From: an uncultured Clostridia bacterium
Lineage (GTDB): Bacteria > Bacillota > Clostridia > Christensenellales > Borkfalkiaceae
DNA: 64,000 nt
Reading direction: 5' to 3'
Assembly: GCA_959605945.1 (NCBI GenBank)
Contig: CAUHGY010000001.1
Span: 3,413 to 67,412, forward strand
Position 1 is the first letter of the stretch, and every line of letters starts with the position of its first letter. Below the pieces are notes generated by a model. It searched no databases. It was not told the DNA's origin and saw nothing but the letters and a program-made list of their open reading frames with translations. Shown here piece after piece: positions 19,800-29,384 of this stretch. A program made the position numbers and the translations under genes.

Positions 19800-20333
19800 A
19801 TGAGAAGCAAGATTATTGCGATTTCAGCTATTTCCGCGGGATTTATTGCCTTATCGCTTACATTAGGCGCTTATTTTTCCGTACTTGACCTTGCATCCGT
19901 GGTGCTTGCTTCTGTTTTTGTCATTCTTCCGCTTTACTATAAGTCCTACGCAGGATGCTTTCTTTGTTATCTTGCCGGAGGTGTGATCGCTTTTCTGTTT
20001 AGCGGATTTAATATTATGTCGATTGTTTTTCCTTCGTATTTTGCATTTTTCGGTATTTTTCCTATTATAAAATGTATTATGCGCGAAAAAAAATTCAATA
20101 AATATATCGGCATGCTTATAGGTCTGGTGTGGTGTGTGGCGGTTTGTTTTGGAATTTATTTTTACTATTCGGAAATTATGGGACAGCCGTTTAACGATTT
20201 ACCTGATTGGATAACGAATAATATATTATATTTTGTGGCGTTGCTCGGGATAATTTTTTATTTTGTTTTCGACAGATTTATCGTTGTGGGAAAAATGCTG
20301 GCAGACAGATTTTTAGGAAAAATTTTAAAGTAG
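19800..20333 (+). CDS. Polytopic membrane protein, function unknown
   Basis: 177 aa with 5-6 hydrophobic segments. The ATG immediately follows the TAA of the J-like gene. Confidence 0.5.
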   Translation: MRSKIIAISAISAGFIALSLTLGAYFSVLDLASVVLASVFVILPLYYKSYAGCFLCYLAGGVIAFLFSGFNIMSIVFPSYFAFFGIFPIIKCIMREKKFNKYIGMLIGLVWCVAVCFGIYFYYSEIMGQPFNDLPDWITNNILYFVALLGIIFYFVFDRFIVVGKMLADRFLGKILK

Positions 20334-20345
20334 AGCAGACGACCA

Positions 20346-21746
20346 ATGAATAAAAACGAAATATATACGGCATTTGTTTCCGCAACGGGAATGAACGGAG
20401 AAGGCATTATAAAGCAGGACGGCACGGCGGTGTTTGTGCCGTTTGCAATGACCGGCGAAAAAATTAAGTATAAAGTTCTCAAAGTAGCGTCGAAAGCCGC
20501 ATACGGTAAAATTGTGGAAGTTATTGCGCCCGCTGAAGAGAGAGTGCGGCCAAAATGCAAAGTTTTCGGCAAATGCGGCGGATGCAGACTGCAGCATGTA
20601 TCTTATTCTTATCAGCTTAAAATGAAGGAGGACATAGTCCGTCTTTGTTTTAAGAAAATCGCAGGGCTTGACGTTTCCGTCAGGCATGCGGTCAGAAGTC
20701 CTAAAGAATACGGTTACAGAAATAAATTGCAACTGCCCGTACAAAACACCGAATCGGGTACCCAGATAGGCTTTTATGCGGAAAATTCTCATAGGATAGT
20801 ACCGGTTGATTCATGCCCGATCAATCCCGAATGGACGGAAAGTATAATTTCTTCATTCAAAAAATATATCGGCGAATTTAATATAAAGGGGTACGATAGT
20901 TTAGGAAAGTGGGATTTAAGAGAGATTACCGCCAAGGAAATAAGCGGGAAACTCATCATAACCGCTGTTGTTTCAGATGAAAATATAAAGGGAATCGATA
21001 GGCTTGTTGAAATATTGAAACAAATGCTGAAATGCGAGTTTTCGCTTTTCCTTAACATAAACAATTCTTCTTCCAACGTAATATACGGCGATAAATTTAT
21101 TTTGAAGTATGGACAGCCCTATTATTCTGCGGAGTGGAAAGGCATAAAACATAATGTTGGCGTTTTAAGCTTTATGCAGGTTAATTCCGAAGTTGCGGCA
21201 AAATTATATACGTGTGTAAAAGAACTTGTTGCCGCTGACGACAAAACCGTAGTAATAGATGCTTACAGCGGGGCAGGGCTTTTGACGGCGTATTTGGCAA
21301 AGGATGCAAAAAAAGTCGTCGGCATTGAGATTGTGAAAGAGGCTGTCGATTGCGCCGACCGGGTAATGTCAGATAACGGATTGCAGGGAAAAGTAAGTAA
21401 TTATCTTGGAAAATGCGAGGATATTCTGCCAGACATAATAAAACATGAAAAGAGCTGCGGACAAAAGGTATGCGTAGTTCTTGATCCTCCGAGAAAAGGT
21501 TGCGATCAAAAGGTTATAAAAACTTTATCCGACAGCGAAGTAGATAAAATTATATACATATCCTGTAAACCGTCTACGTTGGCGAGAGATATCGGACTTC
21601 TTACGGGTTCTCTTTATATTGATGGCGGCGAAATCAGAAGAGTTCATGACCCGGAATATAAATATAAAATAACTTATGCAGGAGTATTCGATATGTTCCC
21701 TCAGACTAAACATGTCGAAACGGTTGTCTGTCTTGAGAGGAAATAA
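20346..21746 (+). CDS. rlmD: 23S rRNA (uracil-C5)-methyltransferase RlmD/RumA family
   Basis: TRAM-like N-terminus, Fe-S motif CKVFGKCGGCRLQH, LDPPRKG, catalytic ISCKPSTLARD. Confidence 0.88.
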   Translation: MNKNEIYTAFVSATGMNGEGIIKQDGTAVFVPFAMTGEKIKYKVLKVASKAAYGKIVEVIAPAEERVRPKCKVFGKCGGCRLQHVSYSYQLKMKEDIVRLCFKKIAGLDVSVRHAVRSPKEYGYRNKLQLPVQNTESGTQIGFYAENSHRIVPVDSCPINPEWTESIISSFKKYIGEFNIKGYDSLGKWDLREITAKEISGKLIITAVVSDENIKGIDRLVEILKQMLKCEFSLFLNINNSSSNVIYGDKFILKYGQPYYSAEWKGIKHNVGVLSFMQVNSEVAAKLYTCVKELVAADDKTVVIDAYSGAGLLTAYLAKDAKKVVGIEIVKEAVDCADRVMSDNGLQGKVSNYLGKCEDILPDIIKHEKSCGQKVCVVLDPPRKGCDQKVIKTLSDSEVDKIIYISCKPSTLARDIGLLTGSLYIDGGEIRRVHDPEYKYKITYAGVFDMFPQTKHVETVVCLERK

Positions 21747-21752
21747 AGCAAG

Positions 21753-22169
21753 ATGTCGGAAGAAAAATCAATAGATAAATCAATTCCGCATTCTACGGAA
21801 GAGTTATATGATCTGTTAATACATAACAGTGATATGGCGGGAAAAATTGAATTTGTTGATGACGGAATTTTTTGGAATTTTAAAGATTTTTGGATTTATG
21901 CCTTTTTAGATTGCAATGAAGGATATATATCGGTCAACAGGAAGAAAAAACATTGGTGGGAGTCTGAACAGTTATTGCATTGGCATCCTATGAAAGACGA
22001 GATTTACAAAGATCTAAGTGATATCGGAAATAAAAACAACGTGCTTGTTATACGTAACGGATATTTATTTGCCGATATTTTTTATCTTGGAAATGTATCC
22101 GGCTATAAATATCTGCCGTCTAAAAAATGGCATTGGGGTAAATTGTATTACTTAAAACCGCAAGATTAA
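21753..22169 (+). CDS. Hypothetical protein (Trp-rich, 138 aa)
   Basis: ORF only. No recognisable motif and a weak RBS. Confidence 0.35.
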   Translation: MSEEKSIDKSIPHSTEELYDLLIHNSDMAGKIEFVDDGIFWNFKDFWIYAFLDCNEGYISVNRKKKHWWESEQLLHWHPMKDEIYKDLSDIGNKNNVLVIRNGYLFADIFYLGNVSGYKYLPSKKWHWGKLYYLKPQD

Positions 22170-22267
22170 AGTGAATTTTATTTTTTGAAAAGAATATTCA
22201 GGGACTTATTTAATGGAATAAAATGTCATTAATCGGTTTTTTAAATATACTATAAATCAGGTAAAAT

Positions 22268-22852
22268 ATGAGTAAACAGCAAGCTTTTTTAGAAATTTAC
22301 GATAAATATATCTTGCGTGACGGAGCTGAAAATCTGAGAAACTATCTTCTCAGATCGGATTTTTTTGTTGCTCCGGCAAGCAGTAAATATCATTGTGCCT
22401 ATGAGGGCGGCTTATGCGAACACAGTGTAAACACTTATCTTCGTTTATTGGATAACATAACAAGGCAGTATGGCAATGATTGGGAGAGCGTTTGTCCGCA
22501 TGAAACGGTAGCCATAAGTGCGCTTTTGCACGATATATGTAAAGTGAATTACTATAAAACAGATTACCGTAACGTAAAAGAAAACGGAGAATGGGTGAAA
22601 AGACCTTATTATGCGGTCGAAGAAGATTTGCCTTACGGGCACGGAGAGAAATCTGTTTACATAATTCAGAGTTTCATGAACCTTACTCGCGAAGAAGCAG
22701 TTGCCATTAATTGGCACATGGGCGGGTTTGACGCGCGCGTCAAGGGCGGAGACGGATCTATAAGTCAGGCTTTTTGTAAGTTTCCGCTTGCGGTTTTGCT
22801 TCATGTGAGCGACCTTCAGGCAACTTATATTGATGAAAAACGCGGGGTGTAA
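22268..22852 (+). CDS. HD-superfamily phosphohydrolase
   Basis: YHCAYEGGLCEHS, LLHDICK, GHGEKS: the H...HD...D metal-ligand pattern. Confidence 0.65.
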   Translation: MSKQQAFLEIYDKYILRDGAENLRNYLLRSDFFVAPASSKYHCAYEGGLCEHSVNTYLRLLDNITRQYGNDWESVCPHETVAISALLHDICKVNYYKTDYRNVKENGEWVKRPYYAVEEDLPYGHGEKSVYIIQSFMNLTREEAVAINWHMGGFDARVKGGDGSISQAFCKFPLAVLLHVSDLQATYIDEKRGV

Positions 22853-23602
22853 CTTAACAGGAGAACTTAGTTTATAAGGTTCGCCGCTTCGACTGAGTTT
22901 CTGTCGGCCATAAAAACCATAGACAATAATTTTAGTAAGTAAAATCGTATTTTATGTCTGTGTCGCAGACGGCATTTAAAGCGTAATTATGGGGGATATA
23001 AGTATTTTCACGGTACGGCATAATCCTTTCTCTGTAACTATTTTAACGGAGTGCGGACTTACGAGAAAGTTTTAATGAATATTATAAAATCAGAAATTCC
23101 GTGTTAGATATATTTTGTCGCTAAATATTTTTTAGATATTTTTTTTATAAAGAATAGCCGGACATGAGCAAAATTCGGCAAAGATTAAAATAAAATTTCC
23201 GCAGCGCTTTTTTGCAGCGTCTCGGAGAATTGTTTGCTTCGCTTACGTTTGCCGTCAATGATGCTTGTATGCGTTTTGATGCCAGAATAAACGAGAAAGC
23301 CGCGGAGGATTGCGTGTGAGATTATATCGTTTTATAGATAAAAAGGCGCGCAATCGATTTGAAATGAATTAAAATTTTCGTCATATTTCCGACCGCCGAT
23401 AACGGTTAAAGCTTATTAAAACATGCTTTGTACGGAACGGCGGCATAAGTTTATAAACCTGTTTATGCAGCTCTTTAATCAATTTGCCGTTAAACGACTG
23501 TTACGAGAAATAAATTTAATTGAAATAAGTATATAATTTAAACCGTTTTGAATAGCAGGTTTATTTTTTTAAGTTTTTCAAAGATGTTTTTTGCTGATTT
23601 CG

Positions 23603-23631
23603 TTGACAACGGTATTTATTGAGTTTACAAT
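23603..23631 (+). promoter_or_regulatory. Sigma-70-type promoter for the MFS/FGGY operon
   Basis: TTGACA (23603-23608), 17-nt spacer, TACAAT (23626-23631). Confidence 0.6.
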
Positions 23632-23683
23632 ATATAAAGTCTGAAATTAAAATTTTTAAAGTATACGAAACGGAGTGTGTGCT

Positions 23684-24973
23684 ATGGATGGGAAATTGAG
23701 AAAAAATTGCAATATGTTTTTGGCAGCATGCTGGTTCACGTACTTTATATCAATAGCCGTCAAGATTACGTATTCGGCAGAAATGGTTGTAATAATCGAG
23801 TTTTTTTCCAGCACCAAAGCGCAGGTAAGTTTAGGACTCACAATCTATTATATTATTTATGCGGCGGCGCAGGCGGTGCTTGCAGCAATAGTCAAAAAGT
23901 TGAATTTAAGGCTTTACCTTACAGTAACCCTTTCTTTATCGGCATTATTATTTGCTCTTGTAGTATTTGTACAGGTTCTCTGGCAGTTGTGGCTTATTAT
24001 GGCTGTTAACGGTATTCTGCAAGCAGGAATCTGGGTCGGATGTCTGTATCTTTTCGGCAAATATATGCCGGACGAATTTTCCGGCAACATTACAAAAACG
24101 ATGGGCATGGGAATGGCTTTCGGTACCGCGGCAGGCTACGGAGCTTCAGCGCTTTTTTCAGCGATTTTATCATGGCAATATACATTCTTATTTTTTGCGG
24201 TGTTGACAATAGCGGGGCTGATTTGGTTTTTATTTGCGGAAAAAAGTATTCGTAAGTTATATATTGAAAAAGGTGTTGCGACGGAGCGGGAAACCGTGCC
24301 TGCGGGCGATGAGCCGGATAGTCCCGCAGCAGAAAACCTGACGGTAAAAGGAAAAACTAAGAATAATTTCCTTTTCTTTACATATCTGATATTTGTCATG
24401 TTTTTAATTTCTGCCGTCTATTTTGCGCTTTCAAATTGGTTGCCGTCGCTTTTTTTCGATATTTACGGCGTGGACAGTTCATATTCGATGCTTATTTCGG
24501 TATTGATACCGATATGTATGATGTTCGGTCCGTTTTTAACCAGTTATTCTTGCGCCAGGCACGAAAACTATTTTGCAGTGACCATGTTTTATTTGCTGGC
24601 AGTGATGATTTGTCCTATAATACTTATTTTTTTCTATGATGCAAACATAATATTGGCATTGGGGCTCTCATTGATATTTCTTGTTGTCGCGAATGGACTG
24701 CGAAGCGTTTTTTCGACTTTTTTGCCGTTGAAACTAAAACATAAAATCAATTCCGGCACATCGGCAGCAATGATCAATGTTTCAGCATCTGCAGCTGCAT
24801 CTCTGATGCCGTTTATAAGCGGCTTGATTCTGGATAATTTCGGGTGGCAGGCAAATTATATTGTGATAACTTTGTTATGCGCCGTCTGCGTTGCCGCATT
24901 AGTTCCGTTTGCATTGAAAAGAAAGCGAGCGATAAAAAATAAAAAAACACCTTTTGCCGGGAGACAACAATGA
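23684..24973 (+). CDS. MFS transporter
   Basis: About 12 hydrophobic segments with a charged central loop. ATG at 23684 with a GGAG 9 nt upstream. Confidence 0.75.
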   Translation: MDGKLRKNCNMFLAACWFTYFISIAVKITYSAEMVVIIEFFSSTKAQVSLGLTIYYIIYAAAQAVLAAIVKKLNLRLYLTVTLSLSALLFALVVFVQVLWQLWLIMAVNGILQAGIWVGCLYLFGKYMPDEFSGNITKTMGMGMAFGTAAGYGASALFSAILSWQYTFLFFAVLTIAGLIWFLFAEKSIRKLYIEKGVATERETVPAGDEPDSPAAENLTVKGKTKNNFLFFTYLIFVMFLISAVYFALSNWLPSLFFDIYGVDSSYSMLISVLIPICMMFGPFLTSYSCARHENYFAVTMFYLLAVMICPIILIFFYDANIILALGLSLIFLVVANGLRSVFSTFLPLKLKHKINSGTSAAMINVSASAAASLMPFISGLILDNFGWQANYIVITLLCAVCVAALVPFALKRKRAIKNKKTPFAGRQQ

Positions 24974-26397
24974 AACATTTACTTGGAATCGATATAGGAA
25001 CTACATCGCTTAAGGGCTGTGTTTTTGATGAAAAAGGAAACGAATTATGCTCGGTTACAAAAGCATATTCGCTAATAACCGAAGGCAATTTCGTGGAGTT
25101 TCCTGCGGAGCGTTATTATGAACTGTTTTTAGAGGCATTTGAAGAACTGTCGCAAAAAACCGTTATAGACGCTTTTGCAATAGACACTCAGGGAGAAACT
25201 ATAGTTTTTCTTGATAAAACCGGCAAGCCGCTGATGAATGCCGTCGTATGGCTGGATAATCGCGCTCAGAAACAGGCTGAAAAAATTCAGGAACATTTCG
25301 GTTTGCAAAAAGTTTATGAAATAACGGGGCAGACGGAAGTTTCCGCAGGATATCCTGCTCCCAAAATAATGTGGCTGAAAGAAAACAGACCGGAACTTTT
25401 TGCAAAAACAGACAGGATAGTTCTTCTTGAGGATTATCTTCTTTACAGAATAACCGGTAAATTTGTTTGTGACAGAGCGCTTTATTCATCATCTTTGTGC
25501 ATTGACGTAAACACAGGCGATTATTGGCAGGATATGCTTGAATTTATCGGTATATCCGAAAAGAATCTTCCGGAGCTTAAAGAAAGCGGTGTGGCCGTGG
25601 GAAAATTTAAAGGAGCAATTGTTTCTACCGGCACGCTTGACCAGATTGCCGGATTTATCGGCGCCGGAATCATACGAGAAGGAATGATAAGCGAAATGAC
25701 CGGTACGGCGCTTGCCGTATGTGCGCTTTCGAATAAGGTTCCCGCATATTTTGACGGAATAAAAGTTCCTGCCCACTATGTAGCAAAAGGAAAGTTCTGC
25801 CTGCTGATGTGGGCGCCTACTGCCGGTATGGCGATGGAGTGGTATAAAAGTAATTTTTGTCCGGAAATAAGTTTTAAAGAAATAGACAGTAGCGCCGAAA
25901 AAATACCGTTCGGCAGCGAAGGACTTATTTTTGCGCCAAATTTATGCGGAAGCGTAATGCCGGAAAAAGATAACGGGCAAAAGGGCGGCTTTTACGGCAT
26001 AGAACTGAAACACACCCGCGCACATTTTGCAAGGGCGATAATGGAATCGGTGGCCTGTCTTTTAAAACAGTTTTTAAATGGACTCGATATTCCCGTGGAT
26101 GAAATAATATCTATCGGAGGCGGAGCAAAGAGCAAAGTGTGGGGACAGATCAAAGCCGATGTTACGGGTAAAAAAATTATGACGCTGAAAAATAAAGAAA
26201 CGGCATGTTTGGGGGCGGCTATTCTGGCAGGAGTAGGAGCGGGCGTTTACAAAGACGTTGAAAATGCGGTTAAAAACGCGGTGGAAATTGCAAGCGTTAC
26301 GGAACCGAAAACGGACGGAAAAGACGCCGATACGCTTTTTGAAAAATTTTCGGCTTTTTGCACAATGATTTTAGAAAGAGATAAATCTATTCTTTAA
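24970..26397 (+). CDS. FGGY-family carbohydrate kinase (xylulokinase-like)
   Basis: N-terminal GIDIGTTSLK, VWLDNRA, C-terminal GGGAKS...ACLGAAILAG. ATGA overlap with the MFS gene. Confidence 0.8.
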   Translation: MKHLLGIDIGTTSLKGCVFDEKGNELCSVTKAYSLITEGNFVEFPAERYYELFLEAFEELSQKTVIDAFAIDTQGETIVFLDKTGKPLMNAVVWLDNRAQKQAEKIQEHFGLQKVYEITGQTEVSAGYPAPKIMWLKENRPELFAKTDRIVLLEDYLLYRITGKFVCDRALYSSSLCIDVNTGDYWQDMLEFIGISEKNLPELKESGVAVGKFKGAIVSTGTLDQIAGFIGAGIIREGMISEMTGTALAVCALSNKVPAYFDGIKVPAHYVAKGKFCLLMWAPTAGMAMEWYKSNFCPEISFKEIDSSAEKIPFGSEGLIFAPNLCGSVMPEKDNGQKGGFYGIELKHTRAHFARAIMESVACLLKQFLNGLDIPVDEIISIGGGAKSKVWGQIKADVTGKKIMTLKNKETACLGAAILAGVGAGVYKDVENAVKNAVEIASVTEPKTDGKDADTLFEKFSAFCTMILERDKSIL

Positions 26398-26452
26398 CTA
26401 GCGGAGATCTGCCGCAAACATACAAAAAATTTTATAAAACGTTTTAATTTTA

Positions 26453-26481
26453 TTGACATTGAAAAATTAAAATGATAAAAT
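26453..26481 (+). promoter_or_regulatory. Sigma-70-type promoter of T-box operon 1
   Basis: TTGACA (26453-26458), 17-nt spacer ending in TGA, TAAAAT (26476-26481). Confidence 0.65.
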
Positions 26482-26494
26482 ATGACAAAATAAA

Positions 26495-26747
26495 AACGAT
26501 GACGAAGAGTACCCGTTCTAAAAATTTTTCAGAGAGACGGCGGCGGGTGAAAGCCGTTAAAATGTTTGTTCGGGTTTGTAGCTTCCGAGTTGGGAGAAAG
26601 AAAGCTTTCTGCGAGTAGAATTTCCCCGTGCTGACGCGTTAAGTCATAAGGATTGATAGATCCTGAGAGGCAGATTTATCTGCAATTTGAGTGGTACCGC
26701 GGATATTTATTATCCGTCTCAAAGTTATTTTTGAGACGGATTTTTTT
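26495..26747 (+). promoter_or_regulatory. T-box riboswitch leader 1 (transcription attenuation type), putative specifier GUA (Val)
   Basis: K-turn (AAC-GAU-GA...GA-GUU), S-turn AGUA, AG bulge AGAGA, distal loop GGCGGGUGAAA, stem III GCAGAU/AUCUGC, T-box sequence AAUUUGAGUGGUACCGCGG (26684-26702). Terminator CCGTCTCAAA/TTTGAGACGG plus T7 (26714-26747) is mutually exclusive with the antiterminator GAG-UGGUACC-GCGGAUA...UAUCCGU-CUC. Confidence 0.88.
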
Positions 26748-26766
26748 ATCCGTCGAGGAGGTATAA

Positions 26767-28500
26767 ATGCAAAATATTGCCCGCAACAAAGCAGAAAATC
26801 TCAGTTTTTCAAAAATTCTTACTGACAAAAAGAATATGCTCTGCGATAATTTTTATGACAATCAACATAATTGGGTTTACGATAAATTTATAGACGCCGA
26901 AGTCGATCAAAACGGAACTCCCGTATCGGTGACTTTTAAAAATGAAGATAAGTTTAATTTTGCATTTGACATAGTCGATGAACTTGCAGACCGTTATCCG
27001 GATAAACCGGCGCTTCTGCACGTTACCGAAGACGGCGTTGAAACCAGATTTTCATTCCGGGATATGAAGGAACTTTCAGCCCGAGCTGCGAATTATTTCA
27101 AAGCGATCGGGATAAAAAAAGGCGACAGAGTAATGTTGGTTCTCGGAAGGCGTTATCAGTTCTGGTACGCGATGTTGGGCCTTCATAAAATCGGGGCGAT
27201 AGCGCTTCCTGCAATGTGCCAGCTTTTAGAGCATGATTTCGAGTACAGATTTAATTCGGCGGGAGTGTGTGCCGTTATATGTACCGACGGCGGTGACGTC
27301 GCCCTTCACGCTGAACGCGCTGCCGAAAATTGTCCGTGCGTAAAATATAAGTTTATAGTAGGGGCCGAACGAGACGGCTGGCGCAGCTTTGACAGCGAAA
27401 TTTTTAAATATTCGCCTGTTTATGAAAGATCGGAAAATTCGCCTTGCGGGAAAGACATAATGCTGATGTTTTTCACTTCCGGTACAACCGGCTATCCTAA
27501 AATAGCTGCACACAATTACAAATATGCACTCGGGCATTTCCACACTGCCAAATACTGGCATTGCGTGCAGCGTGACGGTCTTCACTTCACTATTTCCGAC
27601 ACCGGTTGGGCAAAAGCCATGTGGGGGAAATTCTACGGTCAATGGATATGCGAATCTGCAATTTTTGTATATGATTTCGATAGATTCAATGCGGCAGATA
27701 TCCTTTCGTTGTTTGCAAAATATAAGATAACCACTTTTTGTGCGCCGCCGACGATGTTGAGAATGATGGTTAAAGAAAATCTCGGAAAATACGATTTATC
27801 ATCCGTAAAACATATGTCGACAGCGGGAGAAGCTCTGAACCCCGAAGTTTACCGCAAGTTTGAAAGTGCAACCGGACTGAAGATTATGGAAGGATTCGGT
27901 CAGACCGAAACGACGATGGTTATAGGCAATATGGCAGGGGCGCCGCACAAGATAGGATCTATGGGCAAACCGGCGCCGATTTATAAAGTAGAACTTTTGA
28001 ATTCCGACGGCAAAAAGGTTGCAGACGGAGAAGCCGGCGAAATAGTTATCAACGTCAAAAACGGTGCTCCGTGCGGATTGTTTTGCGGATATTATAACGA
28101 TAAGGAAAAAACAGACGAAGTATGGCATAACGGTTATTACCATACAGGCGACATGGCATGGAAAGACGAAAGCGGATTTTACTGGTATGTCGGCAGAGCG
28201 GATGACGTCATAAAATCGTCGGGCTACAGAATAGGTCCTTTTGAAATTGAGAGCGTGATAATGGAATTGCCCTACGTTCTTGAATGCGGAGTATCGCCTT
28301 ACCCCGATGAAGTGCGCGGACAGATAGTAAAGGCCAGTGTCGTTTTGACTGCAGGTACAGAGCCTACCGACCAATTGAAAAAAGAAATTCAAAACTATGT
28401 CAAGACGCACACGGCGCCTTATAAATATCCGAGAATAGTGGAGTTTAAAAAAGAACTGCCTAAAACGGTAAGTGGGAAAATACAGAGAAGCAAACTTTAA
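26767..28500 (+). CDS. AMP-forming acyl-CoA synthetase, medium-chain (ACSM-like) subfamily
   Basis: Adenylate-forming motifs FFTSGTTGYPK, EGFGQTET, YHTGD, GRADDVIKSSGYRIGPFEIE, PKTVSGKIQR. GGAGG RBS. Confidence 0.85.
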   Translation: MQNIARNKAENLSFSKILTDKKNMLCDNFYDNQHNWVYDKFIDAEVDQNGTPVSVTFKNEDKFNFAFDIVDELADRYPDKPALLHVTEDGVETRFSFRDMKELSARAANYFKAIGIKKGDRVMLVLGRRYQFWYAMLGLHKIGAIALPAMCQLLEHDFEYRFNSAGVCAVICTDGGDVALHAERAAENCPCVKYKFIVGAERDGWRSFDSEIFKYSPVYERSENSPCGKDIMLMFFTSGTTGYPKIAAHNYKYALGHFHTAKYWHCVQRDGLHFTISDTGWAKAMWGKFYGQWICESAIFVYDFDRFNAADILSLFAKYKITTFCAPPTMLRMMVKENLGKYDLSSVKHMSTAGEALNPEVYRKFESATGLKIMEGFGQTETTMVIGNMAGAPHKIGSMGKPAPIYKVELLNSDGKKVADGEAGEIVINVKNGAPCGLFCGYYNDKEKTDEVWHNGYYHTGDMAWKDESGFYWYVGRADDVIKSSGYRIGPFEIESVIMELPYVLECGVSPYPDEVRGQIVKASVVLTAGTEPTDQLKKEIQNYVKTHTAPYKYPRIVEFKKELPKTVSGKIQRSKL

Positions 28501-28515
28501 TCAGGAGTGGTTTTT

Positions 28516-29316
28516 ATGGAAATAATAGACGCTCACGCACATATTTATCCGCAGAAAATAGCCGCGAAAGCGACTGAGGCTATAGGTGATTTTTACGATA
28601 TAACCATGGAGATGCCTGCAGGCACACCAGAAAAACTTATAGAAATAGGTGCTTCCGCGGGAATAAGCGGTTATCTGGTTCATTCAGTGGCGACCAAAGC
28701 AGGGCAAGTTAAATCCATAAACGATTTTATCATCGAAGAGACCCGTCTTCACAGAGAATTTATCGGATTCATGACTTTGCATCAGGACATGTCGGAAGAA
28801 GAAATATTTTCCGAAATAGAACGTTGCAAAGCTGCGGGGCTGAGAGGCATAAAATTGCATCCGGATTTTCAGAAATTTTATATTGACGGTAAAGATGCGG
28901 AAAAATTTTACCGCGCGCTTTCAATGATTAACGGCGTTTTTCCCGTTCTTTTTCATACCGGAGACAACAGATATGAATTTTCGCGCCCGGAAAGGTTGGC
29001 CAAAGTAGCTGCAAAATATAAAAAACTATATTTTATTGGTGCTCATTTCGGCGGTTACCGATGCTGGGACGATGCGTGGGTATATAAGGGGCTTGATAAC
29101 GTTTATTTTGATACAAGCTCATCTCTTCCGTTTATTTCATCGGAAAGAGCGCGTGAAATTATAGACATGCTTGGTTATGAAAAGTTTTTTTTCGGCGACG
29201 ATTTTCCCATGTGGGATGCAAAAAAAGAACTTGAAAGATTTTTTAAACTAAAACTGTCGGAGAAACAGAATTCTGCCATATTATCCGGAAATTTAAAAAA
29301 TTTACTGGAATTATAA
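28516..29316 (+). CDS. Metal-dependent TIM-barrel amidohydrolase (PF04909-like)
   Basis: N-terminal IIDAHAHIYP (HxH), GIKLHPD, FHTG, GAHFGG, YFDTS, FGDDFPMW. The ATG at 28516 has a GGAG 8 nt upstream. Confidence 0.7.
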   Translation: MEIIDAHAHIYPQKIAAKATEAIGDFYDITMEMPAGTPEKLIEIGASAGISGYLVHSVATKAGQVKSINDFIIEETRLHREFIGFMTLHQDMSEEEIFSEIERCKAAGLRGIKLHPDFQKFYIDGKDAEKFYRALSMINGVFPVLFHTGDNRYEFSRPERLAKVAAKYKKLYFIGAHFGGYRCWDDAWVYKGLDNVYFDTSSSLPFISSERAREIIDMLGYEKFFFGDDFPMWDAKKELERFFKLKLSEKQNSAILSGNLKNLLEL

Positions 29317-29334
29317 ATTTTTGTGGCCAAACAA

Positions 29335-29363
29335 TTGACAAATCAAAGTAAAAGCATTAGAAT
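29335..29363 (+). promoter_or_regulatory. Sigma-70-type promoter of T-box operon 2
   Basis: TTGACA (29335-29340), 17-nt spacer, TAGAAT (29358-29363). Confidence 0.65.
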
Positions 29364-29384
29364 ATATAAAAATTATCATATAAA

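Noticed and set aside
23675-24639. Alternate-frame and antisense ORFs within the MFS gene (23677-24009, 23967-24206, 24040-24255, 24436-24639 and the minus ORFs)
   Set aside because: Only the 23684-24973 frame gives a coherent 12-TM transporter.
26575-26581. Alternative specifier readings in T-box 1 (UUG Leu, UAG, GCU Ala)
   Set aside because: Only GUA sits in the canonical position, with the codon followed by a purine immediately 5' of the lower helix. UUG and GCU would be followed by U, and UAG is a stop codon. The register comes from a hand fold, so the Val call remains provisional.
27226-28410. Long antisense ORFs opposite the first acyl-CoA ligase (27226-27642, 27799-28410)
   Set aside because: The sense frame carries every adenylate-forming motif. 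The antisense translations are low-complexity.
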